A DNA stretch of 64,000 nt from the human T2T-CHM13v2.0 reference genome, Homo sapiens. The stretch lies in the NCBI RefSeq assembly GCF_009914755.1, contig NC_060948.1. One strand, given 5' to 3'. The notes beneath the pieces are model-generated. The model did not search any database, was not told the origin of the DNA, and saw only the letters and a list, made by a program, of their open reading frames with translations. Positions 13,201 through 28,800 of this stretch are shown here, one piece after another (position 1 is the stretch's first letter; each line of letters opens with the position of its first letter). A program made the position numbers and the translations under genes.

Positions 13201-14469
13201 ATTCATTGGAATGGAAGGGAATGTAGTGTAATGGACAGGCCTGGAATAAAGTGGAATGCTACGGTCTCGAATGGAATAAAAATGTATGGAATGGAATGCA
13301 ATGAAACGGAATCGAATGTCATAGAATGTAATGGAATGCAACAAAATGGAATCCAAAATCATTGACTGGAAAGACTGGGTGTCGAAAGGAATTGACTCCA
13401 ATGGAATGGAATCGAATGGAATGGAAGTGAATAGAATCGAACTAAATCGAATGGAATGGAATTGATAGGAACGGAATGGAAAGGAATGCAATGATTTGGC
13501 ATGGAATGGAATCGAATGGCATCGAATGGAATGGAATGGAATGCAATGGAATGGAATGTATTAGAATGTAATGAACTTTAATGGAATGTACTCGAATGGA
13601 TTCGACTGGAATGGAATGTTCTGGAAGTGAATGGACTCCAATGGAATGGATTCAAAAGGAATGGAATCGTACGGAATGGAATCTAATGGAATGGAATTAA
13701 ATGGAAATGAATCAAATTGAATAGCACGGAATTGAATTGAATGGAATGGAATGCAATGGAATCTAATGAAACGGAAAGGAAAGGAATGGAATGGAATGGA
13801 ATGGGCTGGAATGGAAAGGAATCGAAACGAATGGAATGGAATCGAACTGAAGAGACTGGAATGGAATGCACTGGAATGGAAGGGAGTGTAATGGAAGGTT
13901 CTCGAAAAAAATGGAATCGAATGGAATGGAATTGAATGGAACGGAATAGAGTCGAATGGAATTGAGTGGAATGGAATGGACTAGAGTGAAATGGAATCGA
14001 ACCACAAGGAATGGACAGGAATAGAATGGTCTCGAATTGAATGGAATCGTATGGAATGGCATCAAACGGAATGGAATGGACAGCCACGGAATGGAATGCA
14101 CTCGAATGCAATGGAGTCGAAACTAATGGACTGGAATAGAATGGACTCGACTGGTACGGACTCCAATGGAATGGAATCGAATGGAAGGGAATCGAACGGA
14201 ATGGACTCGAAGGGAAAAGACTGCAATGGAAAGGTCTCGAATGGAATGGAAATTAATGGAATGGAATGGAATCGAATGAAATGGAGTCAAAAGGAATGGA
14301 ATCGAATGGCAAGAAATCGAATGTAATGGAATCGCAAGGAATTGATGTGAACGGAACGGAATGGAATGGAATCCAAAGGAATGGAATAGAATGGAATGGA
14401 ATCGAATGGAAAGGACTCGAATGGAAATCACTCGAATAGAATGCAATTTAATAAAATAGGATAAAATGT

Positions 14470-17400
14470 AATGGAATAGAATGGAAAGGAATCGAAACGA
14501 AAGGAATGGAGACAGATGGAATGGAATAGAACAGAGAGCAATGGTATAGAATGGAATGGAATCATCTGGAATGGAATTGAATGGAATGGAATAATATGAA
14601 ATGGAATGGAATGGAATGGAATGGAATGTCCTTGAATTAAATGGACTGGAATGGAATGGACTCGAACAGAGTGGAATGGAAAGTGTTGAGATAGAATGGA
14701 ATGGACTCCTTTGGAATGGTGTAGTATGCAATGCAATCGACTGGCAGGGAATCAAAAGGAATGTAATCGAATGGATTGGACTGGAATGCAATGGACTCGA
14801 ATAGATTGCAAACGGAATGCAAAGGAATGGAATGGAATAGTATGGAATGGAATGGAAAGGAATGGAGTGGAATAGACTAGAGTGGAATGGAATGGACTGG
14901 AAAGCAATGGACTGGAATGGAACTTTCTTGAATGGACTGGAATCAAACGGAATGGAATGCAATGCAATCAAATGGCATGGAATAAAATAGAATGAAAGAG
15001 AATCAAATGGAATTGAATCGAATGGAATCGAATGGATTGGAAAGGAATAGAATGGAATGGAATGGAATGGACTCAAATGGAATGGACTAGAATGGAATGG
15101 ATTCGAATGGAAGGCAAAGAATGGAATCTATTGGAATGGACTGTAATGGAATGGAATGGAAGGGATTGGAATGGACTCGAATGGAATGGACTGCAATAGA
15201 AAGGATTCGAATGGAATGAAAAAGAATTGAATGGAATAGAACAGAATGGAATCAAATCGAATGAAATGGAATGGAATAGAAAGGAATGGAATGAAATGGA
15301 ATGGAAAGGATTCGAATGGAATGCAATCGAATGGAATGGAATCGAACGGAATGGAATAAAATGGAAGAAAACTGGCAAGAAATGGAGTCGAAATGAATGG
15401 AGTGTTATGGAACGGACTCAAAAGGAATTGAATGTAATAGAATGGAGTGGAGTGGACTCGAATATAATGGACTGGAATGGAATGAAATCACATGGAATGG
15501 GAACGAATGGAATGGAATGGAAAGGAATGGAATCGAATGGAAAGGAATCGAATGGAAGGGAATGAAATTGAATCAACAGGAATGGAAGGGAATAGAATAG
15601 ACGGTAATGGAATGGACTCGAATAGAATGGACACGAATGCTCAAATTGAATGGACTCGAATGGAATGGAAACGAAAGGAATGTCATCGAATGGAATTGAA
15701 TCGATTGGAATGAAATCGCACAGAATGGAGTGGAATCAAATGGAATTGAATCGAAAGGAAAGGAAGCGAATGGAATGAAATGAAATGGAATGGAATTGAA
15801 TGGAAAGTAATGCAATGGAATAGAATGGAACGAAATTTCACGGAATGGAATCAAACTGAATGGAATCAAATCAATGGAATCAAATCAAATGGAATGGAAA
15901 GGAATTGAATGGAGTAGATTGGATTGGATGGGATTGGAATGAAATGTACTGAAAAGGACTCGAATTTCATGAAACGGAATGGAATGAATTGGAACGGAAT
16001 GGACTCGAATGGAATGGAATGTCATGGAATGGCATCAAATGGAATGGCATCAAATGGAATGGAATCGAATGCAATGGAATGCTATGGAATGGAATGGAAT
16101 GCATTGGAATGGAATGTCCTCTAATGGAATGGATTCGAGTGGAATGGAATCGAATATAATGGAGTCGAATGAAATGGAATTGAAAGGAATGGGATCGAAT
16201 ACAATGGAATATACTGGAATGTAATGTAATGAACTCGAATGTAATTGACTGGAATGGAATGTACATGAATGGAATGTAATCGAATGGAAAGTAATCCAAT
16301 GGAATAGAATCTAATGCAATAAAATCGACTCAGAGTAGAATGTAATGGAATGGAGTGCAGTGCAATGGAATGGAATGGAATGGAATGCAATTGAATGGAA
16401 TGGAATGGAATGGAATGGAATGGAATGGGATGGAATGGTATGGAATGGATAGTAATGGACTGGAGTGAAATGGACTGGAAAGGAATGGACTCAAATTGAA
16501 AGGGCTCGAAAGGAATGGAGTCAAATGGAATGGTCTGGAATGGAATGAACACGAATGTAATGCAATCCAATAGAATGGAATCGAATGGCATGGAATATAA
16601 AGAAATGGAATCGGAGAGAATGGAAACAAATGGAATGGAATTGAATGGAATGGAATTGAATGGAATGGGAACGAATGGAGTGAAATTGTATGCAGTAGAA
16701 GGGAATAGAATGGAATGCAAGCGAAAGGAAAGGAATGGATTGGAATGGAATGGAATTCATTGGAATGGAAGGGAATGTAGTGTAATGGACAGGCCTGGAA
16801 TAAAGTGGAATGCTACGGTCTCGAATGGAATAAAAATGTATGGAATGGAATGCAATGAAATGGAATCGAATGTCATAGAATGTAATGGAATGCAACAAAA
16901 TGGAATCCAAAATCATTGACTGGAAAGGCTGGGTGTCGAAAGGAATTGACTCCAATGGAATGGAATCGAATGGAATGGAAGTGAATAGAATCGAACTAAA
17001 TCGAATGGAATGGAATTGATAGGAACGGAATGGAAAGGAATGCAATGATTTGGCATGGAATGGAATCGAATGGCATCGAATGGAATGGAATGGAATGCAA
17101 TGGAATGGAATGTATTAGAATGTAATGAACTTTAATGGAATGTACTCGAATGGATTCGACTGGAATGGAATGTTCTGGAAGTGAATGGACTCCAATGGAA
17201 TGGATTCCAAAGGAATGGAATCGTACGGAATGGAATCTAATGGAATGGAATTAAATGGAAATGAATCAAATTGAATAGCACGGAATTGAATTGAATGGAA
17301 TGGAATGCAATGGAATCTAATGAAACGGAAAGGAAAGGAATGGAATGGAATGGAATGGGCTGGAATGGAAAGGAATCGAAACGAATGGAATGGAATCGAA

Positions 17401-20400
17401 CTGAAGAGACTGCAATGGAATGCACTGGAATGGAAGGGAGTGTAATGGAAGGTTCTCGAAAAAAATGGAATCGAATGGAATGGAATTGAATGGAACGGAA
17501 TAGAGTCGAATGGAATTGAATGGAATGGAATGGACTAGAGTGATATGGAATCGAACCACAAGGAATGGAGAGGAATAGAATGGTCTCGAATTGAATGGAA
17601 TCGTATGGAGTGGCATCAAACGGAATGGAATGGACAGCCACGGAATGGAATGCACTCGAATGCAATGGAGTCGAAACTAATGGACTGGAATAGAATGGAC
17701 TCGACTGGTACGGACTCCAATGGAATGGAATGGAATGGAAGGGAATCGAACGGAATGGACTCGAAGGGAAAAGACTGCAATGGAAAGGTCTCGAATGGAA
17801 TGGAAATTAATGGAATGGAATGGAATCGAATGAAATGGAGTCAAATAGAATGGAATCGAATGGCAACAAATCGAATGTAATGGAATCGCAAGGAATTGAT
17901 GTGAAAGGAACGGAATGGAATGGAATCCAAAGGAATGGAATAGAATGGAATGGAATCGAATGGAAAGGACTCGAATGGAAATCACTCGAATAGAATGCAA
18001 TTTAATAAAATAGGATCAAATGTAATGGAATGGAATGGAAAGGAATCGAAACGAAAGGAATGGAGACAGATGGAATGGAATGGAACAGAGAGCAATGGTA
18101 TAGAATGGAATGGAATCATCTGGAATGGAATTGAATGGAATGGAATAATATGAAATGGAATGGAATGGAATGGAATGGAATGCCCTTGAATTAAATGGAC
18201 TGGAATGGAATGGACTCGAACAGAGTGGAATGGAAAGTGTTGAGATAGAATGGAATGGACTCCTTTGGAATGGTGTAGTATGCAATGCAATCGACTGGCA
18301 GGGAATCAAAAGGAATGTAATGGAATGGACTGGACTGGAATGCAATGGACTCGAATAGATTGGAAACGGAATGCAAAGAAATGGAATGGAATAGTATGGA
18401 ATGGAATGGAAAGGAATGGAGTGGAATAGACTAGAGTGGAATGGAATGGACTGGAAAGCAATGGACTGGAATGGAACTTTCTTGAATGGACTGGAATCAA
18501 ACGGAATGGAATGCAATGCAATCAAATGGCATGGAATAAAATAGAATGAAAGAGAATCAAATGGAATTGAATCGAATGGAATCGAATGGATTGGAAAGGA
18601 ATAGAATGGAATGGAATGGAATTGACTCAAATGGAATGGACTAGAATGGAATGGATTCGAATGGAAGGCAAAGGAATGGAATCTATTGGAATGGACTGTA
18701 ATGGAATGGAATGGAAGGGATTGGAATGGACTCGAATGGAATGGACTGCAATAGAAAGGATTCGAATGGAATGAAAAAGAATTGAATGGAATAGAACAGA
18801 ATGGAATCAAATCGAATGAAATGGAATGGAATAGAAAGGAATGGAATGAAATGGAATGGAAAGGATTCGAATGGAATGCAATCGAATGGAATGGAATCGA
18901 ACGGAATGGAATAAAATGGAAGAAAACTGGCAAGAAATGGAATCGAAATGAATGGAGTGTTATGGAACGGACTCAAAAGGAATTGAATGTAATAGAATGG
19001 AGTGGAGTGGACTCGAATATAATGGACTGGAATGGAATGAAATCACATGGAATGGGAACGAATGGAATGGAATGGAAAGGAATGGAATCGAATGGAAAGG
19101 AATCGAATGGAAGGGAATGAAATTGAATCAACAGGAATGGAAGGGAATAGAATAGACGGTAATGGAATGGACTCGAATAGAATGGACACGAATGCTCAAA
19201 TTAAATGGACTCGAATGGAATGGAAACGAAAGGAATGTCATCGAATGGAATTGAATCGATTGGAATGAAATCGCATAGAATGGAGTGGAATCAAATGGAA
19301 TTGAATCGAAAGGAAAGGAAGCGAATGGACTGAAATGAAATGGAATGGAATTGAATGGAAAGTAATGCAATGGAATAGAATGGAACGAAATTTCACGGAA
19401 TGGAATCAAACTGAATGGAATCAAATCAATGGAATCAAATCAAATGGAATGGAAAGGAATTGAATGGAGTAGATTGGATTGGATGGGATTGGAATGAAAT
19501 GTACTGGAAAGGACTCGAATTTCATGAAACGGAATGGAATGAATTGGAACGGAATGGACTCGAATGGAATGGAATGTCATGGAATGGCATCAAATGGAAT
19601 GGCATCAAATGGAATGGAATCGAATGCAATGGAATGCTATGGAATGGAATGGAATGCATTGGAATGGAATGTCCTCTAATGGAATGGATTCGAGTGGAAT
19701 GGAATCGAATATAATGGAGTCGAATGAAATGGAATTGAAAGGAATGGGATCGAATAGAATGGAATATACTGGAATGTAATGTAATGAACTCGAATGTAAT
19801 TGACTGGAATGGAATGTACATGAATGGAATGTAATCGAATGGAAAGTAATCCAATGGAATAGAATCTAATGCAATAAAACCGACTCAGATAGAGTAGAAT
19901 GTAATGGAATGGAGTGCAGTGCAATGGAAGGGAATGGAATTGAATGCAATGGAATGGAATGGAATGGAATGGAATGGAATGGAATGGAATGGGATGGAAT
20001 GGTATGGAATGGATAGTAATGGACTGGAGTGAAATGGACTGGAAAGGAATGGACTCAAATTGAAAGGGCTCGAAAGGAATGGAGTCAAATGGAATGGTCT
20101 GGAATGGAATGAACACGAATGTAATGCAATCCAATAGAATGGAATCGAATGGCATGCAATATAAAGAAATGGAATCGAAGAGAATGGAAACAAATGGAAT
20201 GGAATTGAATGGAATGGAATTGAATGGAATGGGAACGAATGGAGTGAAATTGTATGCAGTAGAAGGGAATAGAATGGAATGCAAGCGAAAGGAAAGGAAT
20301 GGATTGGAATGGAATGGAATTCATTGGAATGGAAGGGAATGTAGTGTAATGGACAGGCCTGGAATAAAGTGGAATGCTACGGTCTCGAATGGAATAAAAA

Positions 20401-22800
20401 TTTATGGAATGGAATGCAATGAAACGGAATCGAATGTCATAGAATGTAATGGAATGCAAAAAAATGGAATCCAAAATCATTGACTGGAAAGGCTGGGTGT
20501 CGAAAGGAATTGACTCCAATGGAATGGAATCGAATGGAATGGAAGTGAATAGAATCGAACTAAATCGAATGGAATGGAATTGATAGGAACGGAATGGAAA
20601 GGAATGCAATGATTTGGCATGGAATGGAATCGAATGGCATCGAATGGAATGGAATGGAATGCAATGGAATGGAATGTATTAGAATGTAATGAACTTTAAT
20701 GGAATGTACTCGAATGGATTCGACTGGAATGGAATGTTCTGGAAGTGAATGGACTCCAATGGAATGGATTCAAAAGGAATGGAATCGTACGGAATGGAAT
20801 CTAATGGAATGGAATTAAATGGAAATGAATCAAATTGAATAGCACGGAATTGAATTGAATGGAATGGAATGCAATGGAATCTAATGAAACGGAAAGGAAA
20901 GGAATGGAATGGAATGGAATGGACTGGAATGGAAAGGAATCGAAACGAATGGAATGGAATCGAACTGAAGAGACTGGAATGGAATGCACTGGAATGGAAG
21001 GGAGTGTAATGGAAGGTTCTCGAAAAAAATGGAATCGAATGGAATGGAATTGAATGGAACGGAATAGAGTCGAATGGAATTGAATGGAATGGAATGGACT
21101 AGAGTGAAATGGAATCGAACCACAAGGAATGGACATGAATAGAATGGTCTCGAATTGAATGGAATCGTATGGAATGGCATCAAACGGAATGGAATGGACA
21201 GCCACGGAATGGAATGCACTCGAATGCAATGGAGTCGAAACTAATGGACTGGAATAGAATGGACTCGACTGGTACGGACTCCAATGGAATGGAATCGAAT
21301 GGAAGGGAATCGAACGGAATGGACTCGAAGGGAAAAGACTGCAATGGAAAGGTCTCGAATGGAATGGAAATTAATGGAATGGAATGGAATCGAATGAAAT
21401 GGAGTCAAAAGGAATGGAATCGAATGGCAAGAAATCGAATGTAATGGAATCACAAGGAATTGATGTGAACGGAACGGAATGGAATGGAATCCAAAGGAAT
21501 GGAATAGAATGGAATGGAATCGAATGGAAAGGACTCGAATGGAAATCACTCGAATAGAATGCAATTTAATAAAATAGGATCAAATGTAATGGAATGGAAT
21601 GAAAAGGAATCGAAACGAAAGGAATGGAGACAGATGGAATGGAATGGAACAGAGAGCAATGGTATAGAATGGAATGGAATCATCTGGAATGGAATTGAAT
21701 GGAATGGAATAATATGAAATGGAATGGAATGGAATGGAATGGAATGCCCTTGAATTAAATGGACTGGAATGGAATGGACTCGAACAGAGTGGAATGGAAA
21801 GTGTTGAGATAGAATGGAATGGACTCCTTTGGAATGGTGTAGTATGCAATGCAATCGACTGGCAGGGAATCAAAAGGAATGTAATCGAATGGATTGGACT
21901 GGAATGCAATGGACTCGAATAGATTGGAAACGGAATGCAAAGGAATGGAATGGAATAGTATGGAATGGAATGGAAAGGAATGGAGTGGAATAGACTAGAG
22001 TGGAATGGAATGGACTGGAAAGCAATGGACTGGAATGGAACTTTCTTGAATGGACTAGAATCAAACGGAATGGAATGCAATGCAATCAAATGGCATGGAA
22101 TAAAATAGAATGAAAGAGAATCAAATGGAATTGAATCGAATGGAATCGAATGGATTGGAAAGGAATAGAATGGAATGGAATGGAATTGACTCAAATGGAA
22201 TGGACTAGAATGGAATGGATTCGAATGGAAGGCAAAGGAATGGAATCTATTGGAATGGACTGTAATGGAATGGAATGGAAGGGATTGGAATGGACTCGAA
22301 TAGAATGGACTGCAATAGAAAGGATTCGAATGGAATGAAAAAGAATTGAATGGAATAGAACAGAATGGAATCAAATCGAATGAAATGGAATGGAATAGAA
22401 AGGAATGGAATGAAATGGAATGGAAAGGATTCGAATGGAATGCAATCGAATGGAATGGAATCGAACGGAATGGAATAAAATGGAAGAAAACTGGCAAGAA
22501 ATGGAATCGAAATGAATGGAGTGTTATGGAACGGACTCAAAAGGAATTGAATGTAATAGAATGGAGTGGAGTGGACTCGAATATAATGGACTGGAATGGA
22601 ATGAAATCACATGGAATGGGAACGAATGGAATGGAATGGAAAGGAATGGAATCGAATGGAAAGGAATCGAATGGAAGGGAATGAAATTGAATCAACAGGA
22701 ATGGAAGGGAGTAGAATAGACGGTAATGGAATGGACTCGAATAGAATGGACACGAATGCTCAAATTGAATGGACTCGAATGGAATGGAAACGAAAGAATG
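14470..22800 (+). repeat. Multi-unit variant block (c5-c6-early c7), duplicated at ~32260-40600 and partly at ~48450-53670
   Basis: The same ordered series of diagnostic variants recurs at an offset of ~17.8 kb and, in part, ~14.3 kb further on (details in findings). Confidence 0.8.
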
Positions 22801-25800
22801 TCATCGAGTGGAATTGAATCGATTGGAATGAAATCGCACAGAATGGAGTGGAATCAAATGGAATTGAATCGAAAGGAAAGGAAGCGAATGGACTGAAATG
22901 AAATGGAATGGAATTGAATGGAAAGTAATGCAATGGAATAGAATGGAACGAAATTTCACGGAATGGAATCAAACTGAATGGAATCAAATCAATGGAATCA
23001 AATCAAATGGAATGGAAAGGAATTGAATGGAGTAGATTGGATTGGATGGGATTGGAATGAAATGTACTGGAAAGGACTCGAATTTCATGAAACGGAATGG
23101 AATGAATTGGAACGGAATGGACTCGAATGGAATGGAATGTCATGGAATGGCATCAAATGGAATGGTATCAAATGGAATGGAATCGAATGCAATGGAATGC
23201 TATGGAATGGAATGGAATGCATTGGAATGGAATGTCCTCTAATGGAATGGATTCGAGTGGAATGGAATCGAATATAATGGAGTCGAATGAAATGGAATTG
23301 AAAGGAATGGGATCGAATAGAATGGAATATACTGGAATGTAATGTAATGAACTCGAATGTAATTGACTGGAATGGAATGTACATGAATGGAATGTAATCG
23401 AATGGAAAGTAATCCAATGGAATAGAATCTAATGCAATAAAATCGACTCAGATAGAGTAGAATGTAATGGAATGGAGTGCAGTGCAATGGAATGGAATGG
23501 AATGGAATGCAATGGAATGGAATGGAATGGAATGGAATGGAATGGGATGGGATGGAATGGTATGGAATGGATAGTAATGGACTGGAGTGAAATGGACTGG
23601 AAAGGAATGGACTCAAATTGAAAGGGCTCGAAAGGAATGGAGTCAAATGGAATGGTCTGGAATGGAATGAACACGAATGTAATGCAATCCAATAGAATGG
23701 AATCGAATGGCATGGAATATAAAGAAATGGAATCGGAGAGAATGGAAACAAATGGAATGGAATTGAATGGAATGGAATTGAATGGAATGGGAACGAATGG
23801 AGTGAAATTGTATGCAGTAGAAGGGAATAGAATGGAATGCAAGCGAAAGGAAAGGAATGGATTGGAATGGAATGGAATTCATTGGAATGGAAGGGAATGT
23901 AGTGTAATGGACAGGCCTGGAATAAAGTGGAATGCTACGGTCTCGAATGGAATAAAAATGTATGGAATGGAATGCAATGAAATGGAATTGAATGTCATAG
24001 AATGTAATGGAATGCAAAAAATGGAATCCAAAATCATTGACTGGAAAGGCTGGGTGTCGAAAGGAATTGACTCCAATGGAATGGAATCGAATGGAATGGA
24101 AGTGAATAGAATCGAACTAAATCGAATGGAATGGAATTGATAGGAACGGAATGGAAAGGAATGCAATGATTTGGCATGGAATGGAATCGAATGGCATCGA
24201 ATGGAATGGAATGGAATGCAATGGAATGGAATGTATTAGAATGTAATGAACTTTAATGGAATGTACTCGAATGGATTCGACTGGAATGGAATGTTCTGGA
24301 AGTGAATGGACTCCAATGGAATGGATTCCAAAGGAATGGAATCGTACGGAATGGAATCTAATGGAATGGAATTAAATGGAAATGAATCAAATTGAATAGC
24401 ACGGAATTGAATTGAATGGAATGGAATGCAATGGAATCTAATGAAACGGAAAGGAAAGGAATGGAATGGAATGGAATGGGCTGGAATGGAAAGGAATCGA
24501 AACGAATGGAATGGAATCGAACTGAAGAGACTGGAATGGAATGCACTGGAATGGAAGGGAGTGTAATGGAAGGTTCTCGAAAAAAATGGAATCGAATGGA
24601 ATGGAATTGAATGGAACGGAATAGAGTCGAATGGAATTGAATGGAATGGAATGGACTAGAGTGAAATGGAATCGAACCACAAGGAATGGACAGGAATAGA
24701 ATGGTCTCGAATTGAATGGAATCGTATGGAATGGCATCAAACGGAATGGAATGGACAGCCACGGAATGGAATGCACTCGAATGCAATGGAGTCGAAACTA
24801 ATGGACTGGAATAGAATGGACTCGACTGGTACGGACTCCAATGGAATGGAATCGAATGGAAGGGAATCGAACGGAATGGACTCGAAGGGAAAAGACTGCA
24901 ATGGAAAGGTCTCGAATGGAATGGAAATTAATGGAATGGAATGGAATCGAATGAAATGGAGTCAAAAGGAATGGAATCGAATGGCAAGAAATCGAATGTA
25001 ATGGAATCGCAAGGAATTGATGTGAACGGAACGGAATGGAATGGAATCCAAAGGAATGGAATAGAATGGAATGGAATCGAATGGAAAGGACTCGAATGGA
25101 AATCACTCGAATAGAATGCAATTTAATAAAATAGGATCAAATGTAATGGAATAGAATGGAAAGGAATCGAAACGAAAGGAATGGAGACAGATGGAATGGA
25201 ATAGAACAGAGAGCAATGGTATAGAATGGAATGGAATCATCTGGAATGGAATTGAATGGAATGGAATAATATGAAATGGAATGGAATGGAATGGAATGGA
25301 ATGTCCTTGAATTAAATGGACTGGAATGGAATGGACTCGAACAGAGTGGAATGGAAAGTGTTGAGATAGAATGGAATGGACTCCTTTGGAATGGTGTAGT
25401 ATGCAATGCAATCGACTGGCAGGGAATCAAAAGGAATGTAATCGAATGGATTGGACTGGAATGCAATGGACTCGAATAGATTGCAAACGGAATGCAAAGG
25501 AATGGAATGGAATAGTATGGAATGGAATGGAAAGGAATGGAGTGGAATAGACTAGAGTGGAATGGAATGGACTGGAAAGCAATGGACTGGAATGGAACTT
25601 TCTTGAATGGACTGGAATCAAACGGAATGGAATGCAATGCAATCAAATGGCATGGAATAAAATAGAATGAAAGAGAATCAAATGGAATTGAATCGAATGG
25701 AATCGAATGGATTGGAAAGGAATAGAATGGAATGGAATGGAATGGACTCAAATGGAATGGACTAGAATGGAATGGATTCGAATGGAAGGCAAAGAATGGA

Positions 25801-28800
25801 ATCTATTGGAATGGACTGTAATGGAATGGAATGGAAGGGATTGGAATGGACTCGAATGGAATGGACTGCAATAGAAAGGATTCGAATGGAATGAAAAAGA
25901 ATTGAATGGAATAGAACAGAATGGAATCAAATCGAATGAAATGGAATGGAATAGAAAGGAATGGAATGAAATGGAATGGAAAGGATTCGAATGGAATGCA
26001 ATCGAATGGAATGGAATCGAACGGAATGGAATAAAATGGAAGAAAACTGGCAAGAAATGGAGTCGAAATGAATGGAGTGTTATGGAACGGACTCAAAAGG
26101 AATTGAATGTAATAGAATGGAGTGGAGTGGACTCGAATATAATGGACTGGAATGGAATGAAATCACATGGAATGGGAACGAATGGAATGGAATGGAAAGG
26201 AATGGAATCGAATGGAAAGGAATCGAATGGAAGGGAATGAAATTGAATCAACAGGAATGGAAGGGAATAGAATAGACGGTAATGGAATGGACTCGAATAG
26301 AATGGACACGAATGCTCAAATTGAATGGACTCGAATGGAATGGAAACGAAAGGAATGTCATCGAATGGAATTGAATCGATTGGAATGAAATCGCACAGAA
26401 TGGAGTGGAATCAAATGGAATTGAATCGAAAGGAAAGGAAGCGAATGGACTGAAATGAAATGGAATGGAATTGAATGGAAAGTAATGCAATGGAATAGAA
26501 TGGAACGAAATTTCACGGAATGGAATCAAACTGAATGGAATCAAATCAATGGAATCAAATCAAATGGAATGGAAAGGAATTGAATGGAGTAGATTGGATT
26601 GGATGGGATTGGAATGAAATGTACTGGAAAGGACTCGAATTTCATGAAACGGAATGGAATGAATTGGAACGGAATGGACTCGAATGGAATGGAATGTCAT
26701 GGAATGGCATCAAATGGAATGGTATCAAATGGAATGGAATCGAATGCAATGGAATGCTATGGAATGGAATGGAATGCATTGGAATGGAATGTCCTCTAAT
26801 GGAATGGATTCGAGTGGAATGGAATCGAATATAATGGAGTCGAATGAAATGGAATTGAAAGGAATGGGATCGAATAGAATGGAATATACTGGAATGTAAT
26901 GTAATGAACTCGAATGTAATTGACTGGAATGGAATGTACATGAATGGAATGTAATCGAATGGAAAGTAATCCAATGGAATAGAATCTAATGCAATAAAAT
27001 CGACTCAGATAGAGTAGAATGTAATGGAATGGAGTGCAGTGCAATGGAATGGAATGGAATGGAATGCAATGGAATGGAATGGAATGGAATGGAATGGAAT
27101 GGGATGGGATGGAATGGTATGGAATGGATAGTAATGGACTGGAGTGAAATGGACTGGAAAGGAATGGACTCAAATTGAAAGGGCTCGAAAGGAATGGAGT
27201 CAAATGGAATGGTCTGGAATGGAATGAACACGAATGTAATGCAATCCAATAGAATGGAATCGAATGGCATGGAATATAAAGAAATGGAATCGGAGAGAAT
27301 GGAAACAAATGGAATGGAATTGAATGGAATGGAATTGAATGGAATGGGAACGAATGGAGTGAAATTGTATGCAGTAGAAGGGAATAGAATGGAATGCAAG
27401 CGAAAGGAAAGGAATGCATTGGAATGGAATGGAATTCATTGGAATGGAAGGGAATGTAGTGTAATGGACAGGCCTGGAATAAAGTGGAATGCTACGGTCT
27501 CGAATGGAATAAAAATGTATGGAATGGAATGCAATGAAATGGAATCGAATGTCATAGAATGTAATGGAATGCAAAAAATGGAATCCAAAATCATTGACTG
27601 GAAAGGCTGGGTGTCGAAAGGAATTGACTCCAATGGAATGGAATCGAATGGAATGGAAGTGAATAGAATCGAACTAAATCGAATGGAATGGAATTGATAG
27701 GAACGGAATGGAAAGGAATGCAATGATTTGGCATGGAATGGAATCGAATGGCATCGAATGGAATGGAATGGAATGCAATGGAATGGAATGTATTAGAATG
27801 TAATGAACTTTAATGGAATGTACTCGAATGGATTCGACTGGAATGGAATGTTCTGGAAGTGAATGGACTCCAATGGAATGGATTCCAAAGGAATGGAATC
27901 GTACGGAATGGAATCTAATGGAATGGAATTAAATGGAAATGAATCAAATTGAATAGCACGGAATTGAATTGAATGGAATGGAATGCAATGGAATCTAATG
28001 AAACGGAAAGGAAAGGAATGGAATGGAATGGAATGGGCTGGAATGGAAAGGAATCGAAACGAATGGAATGGAATCGAACTGAAGAGACTGGAATGGAATG
28101 CACTGGAATGGAAGGGAGTGTAATGGAAGGTTCTCGAAAAAAATGGAATCGAATGGAATGGAATTGAATGGAACGGAATAGAGTCGAATGGAATTGAATG
28201 GAATGGAATGGACTAGAGTGAAATGGAATCGAACCACAAGGAATGGACAGGAATAGAATGGTCTCGAATTGAATGGAATCGTATGGAATGGCATCAAACG
28301 GAATGGAATGGACAGCCACGGAATGGAATGCACTCGAATGCAATGGAGTCGAAACTAATGGACTGGAATAGAATGGACTCGACTGGTACGGACTCCAATG
28401 GAATGGAATCGAATGGAAGGGAATCGAACGGAATGGACTCGAAGGGAAAAGACTGCAATGGAAAGGTCTCGAATGGAATGGAAATTAATGGAATGGAATG
28501 GAATCGAATGAAATGGAGTCAAAAGGAATGGAATCGAATGGCAAGAAATCGAATGTAATGGAATCGCAAGGAATTGATGTGAACGGAACGGAATGGAATG
28601 GAATCCAAAGGAATGGAATAGAATGGAATGGAATCGAATGGAAAGGACTCGAATGGAAATCACTCGAATAGAATGCAATTTAATAAAATAGGATCAAATG
28701 TAATGGAATAGAATGGAAAGGAATCGAAACGAAAGGAATGGAGACAGATGGAATGGAATAGAACAGAGAGCAATGGTATAGAATGGAATGGAATCATCTG

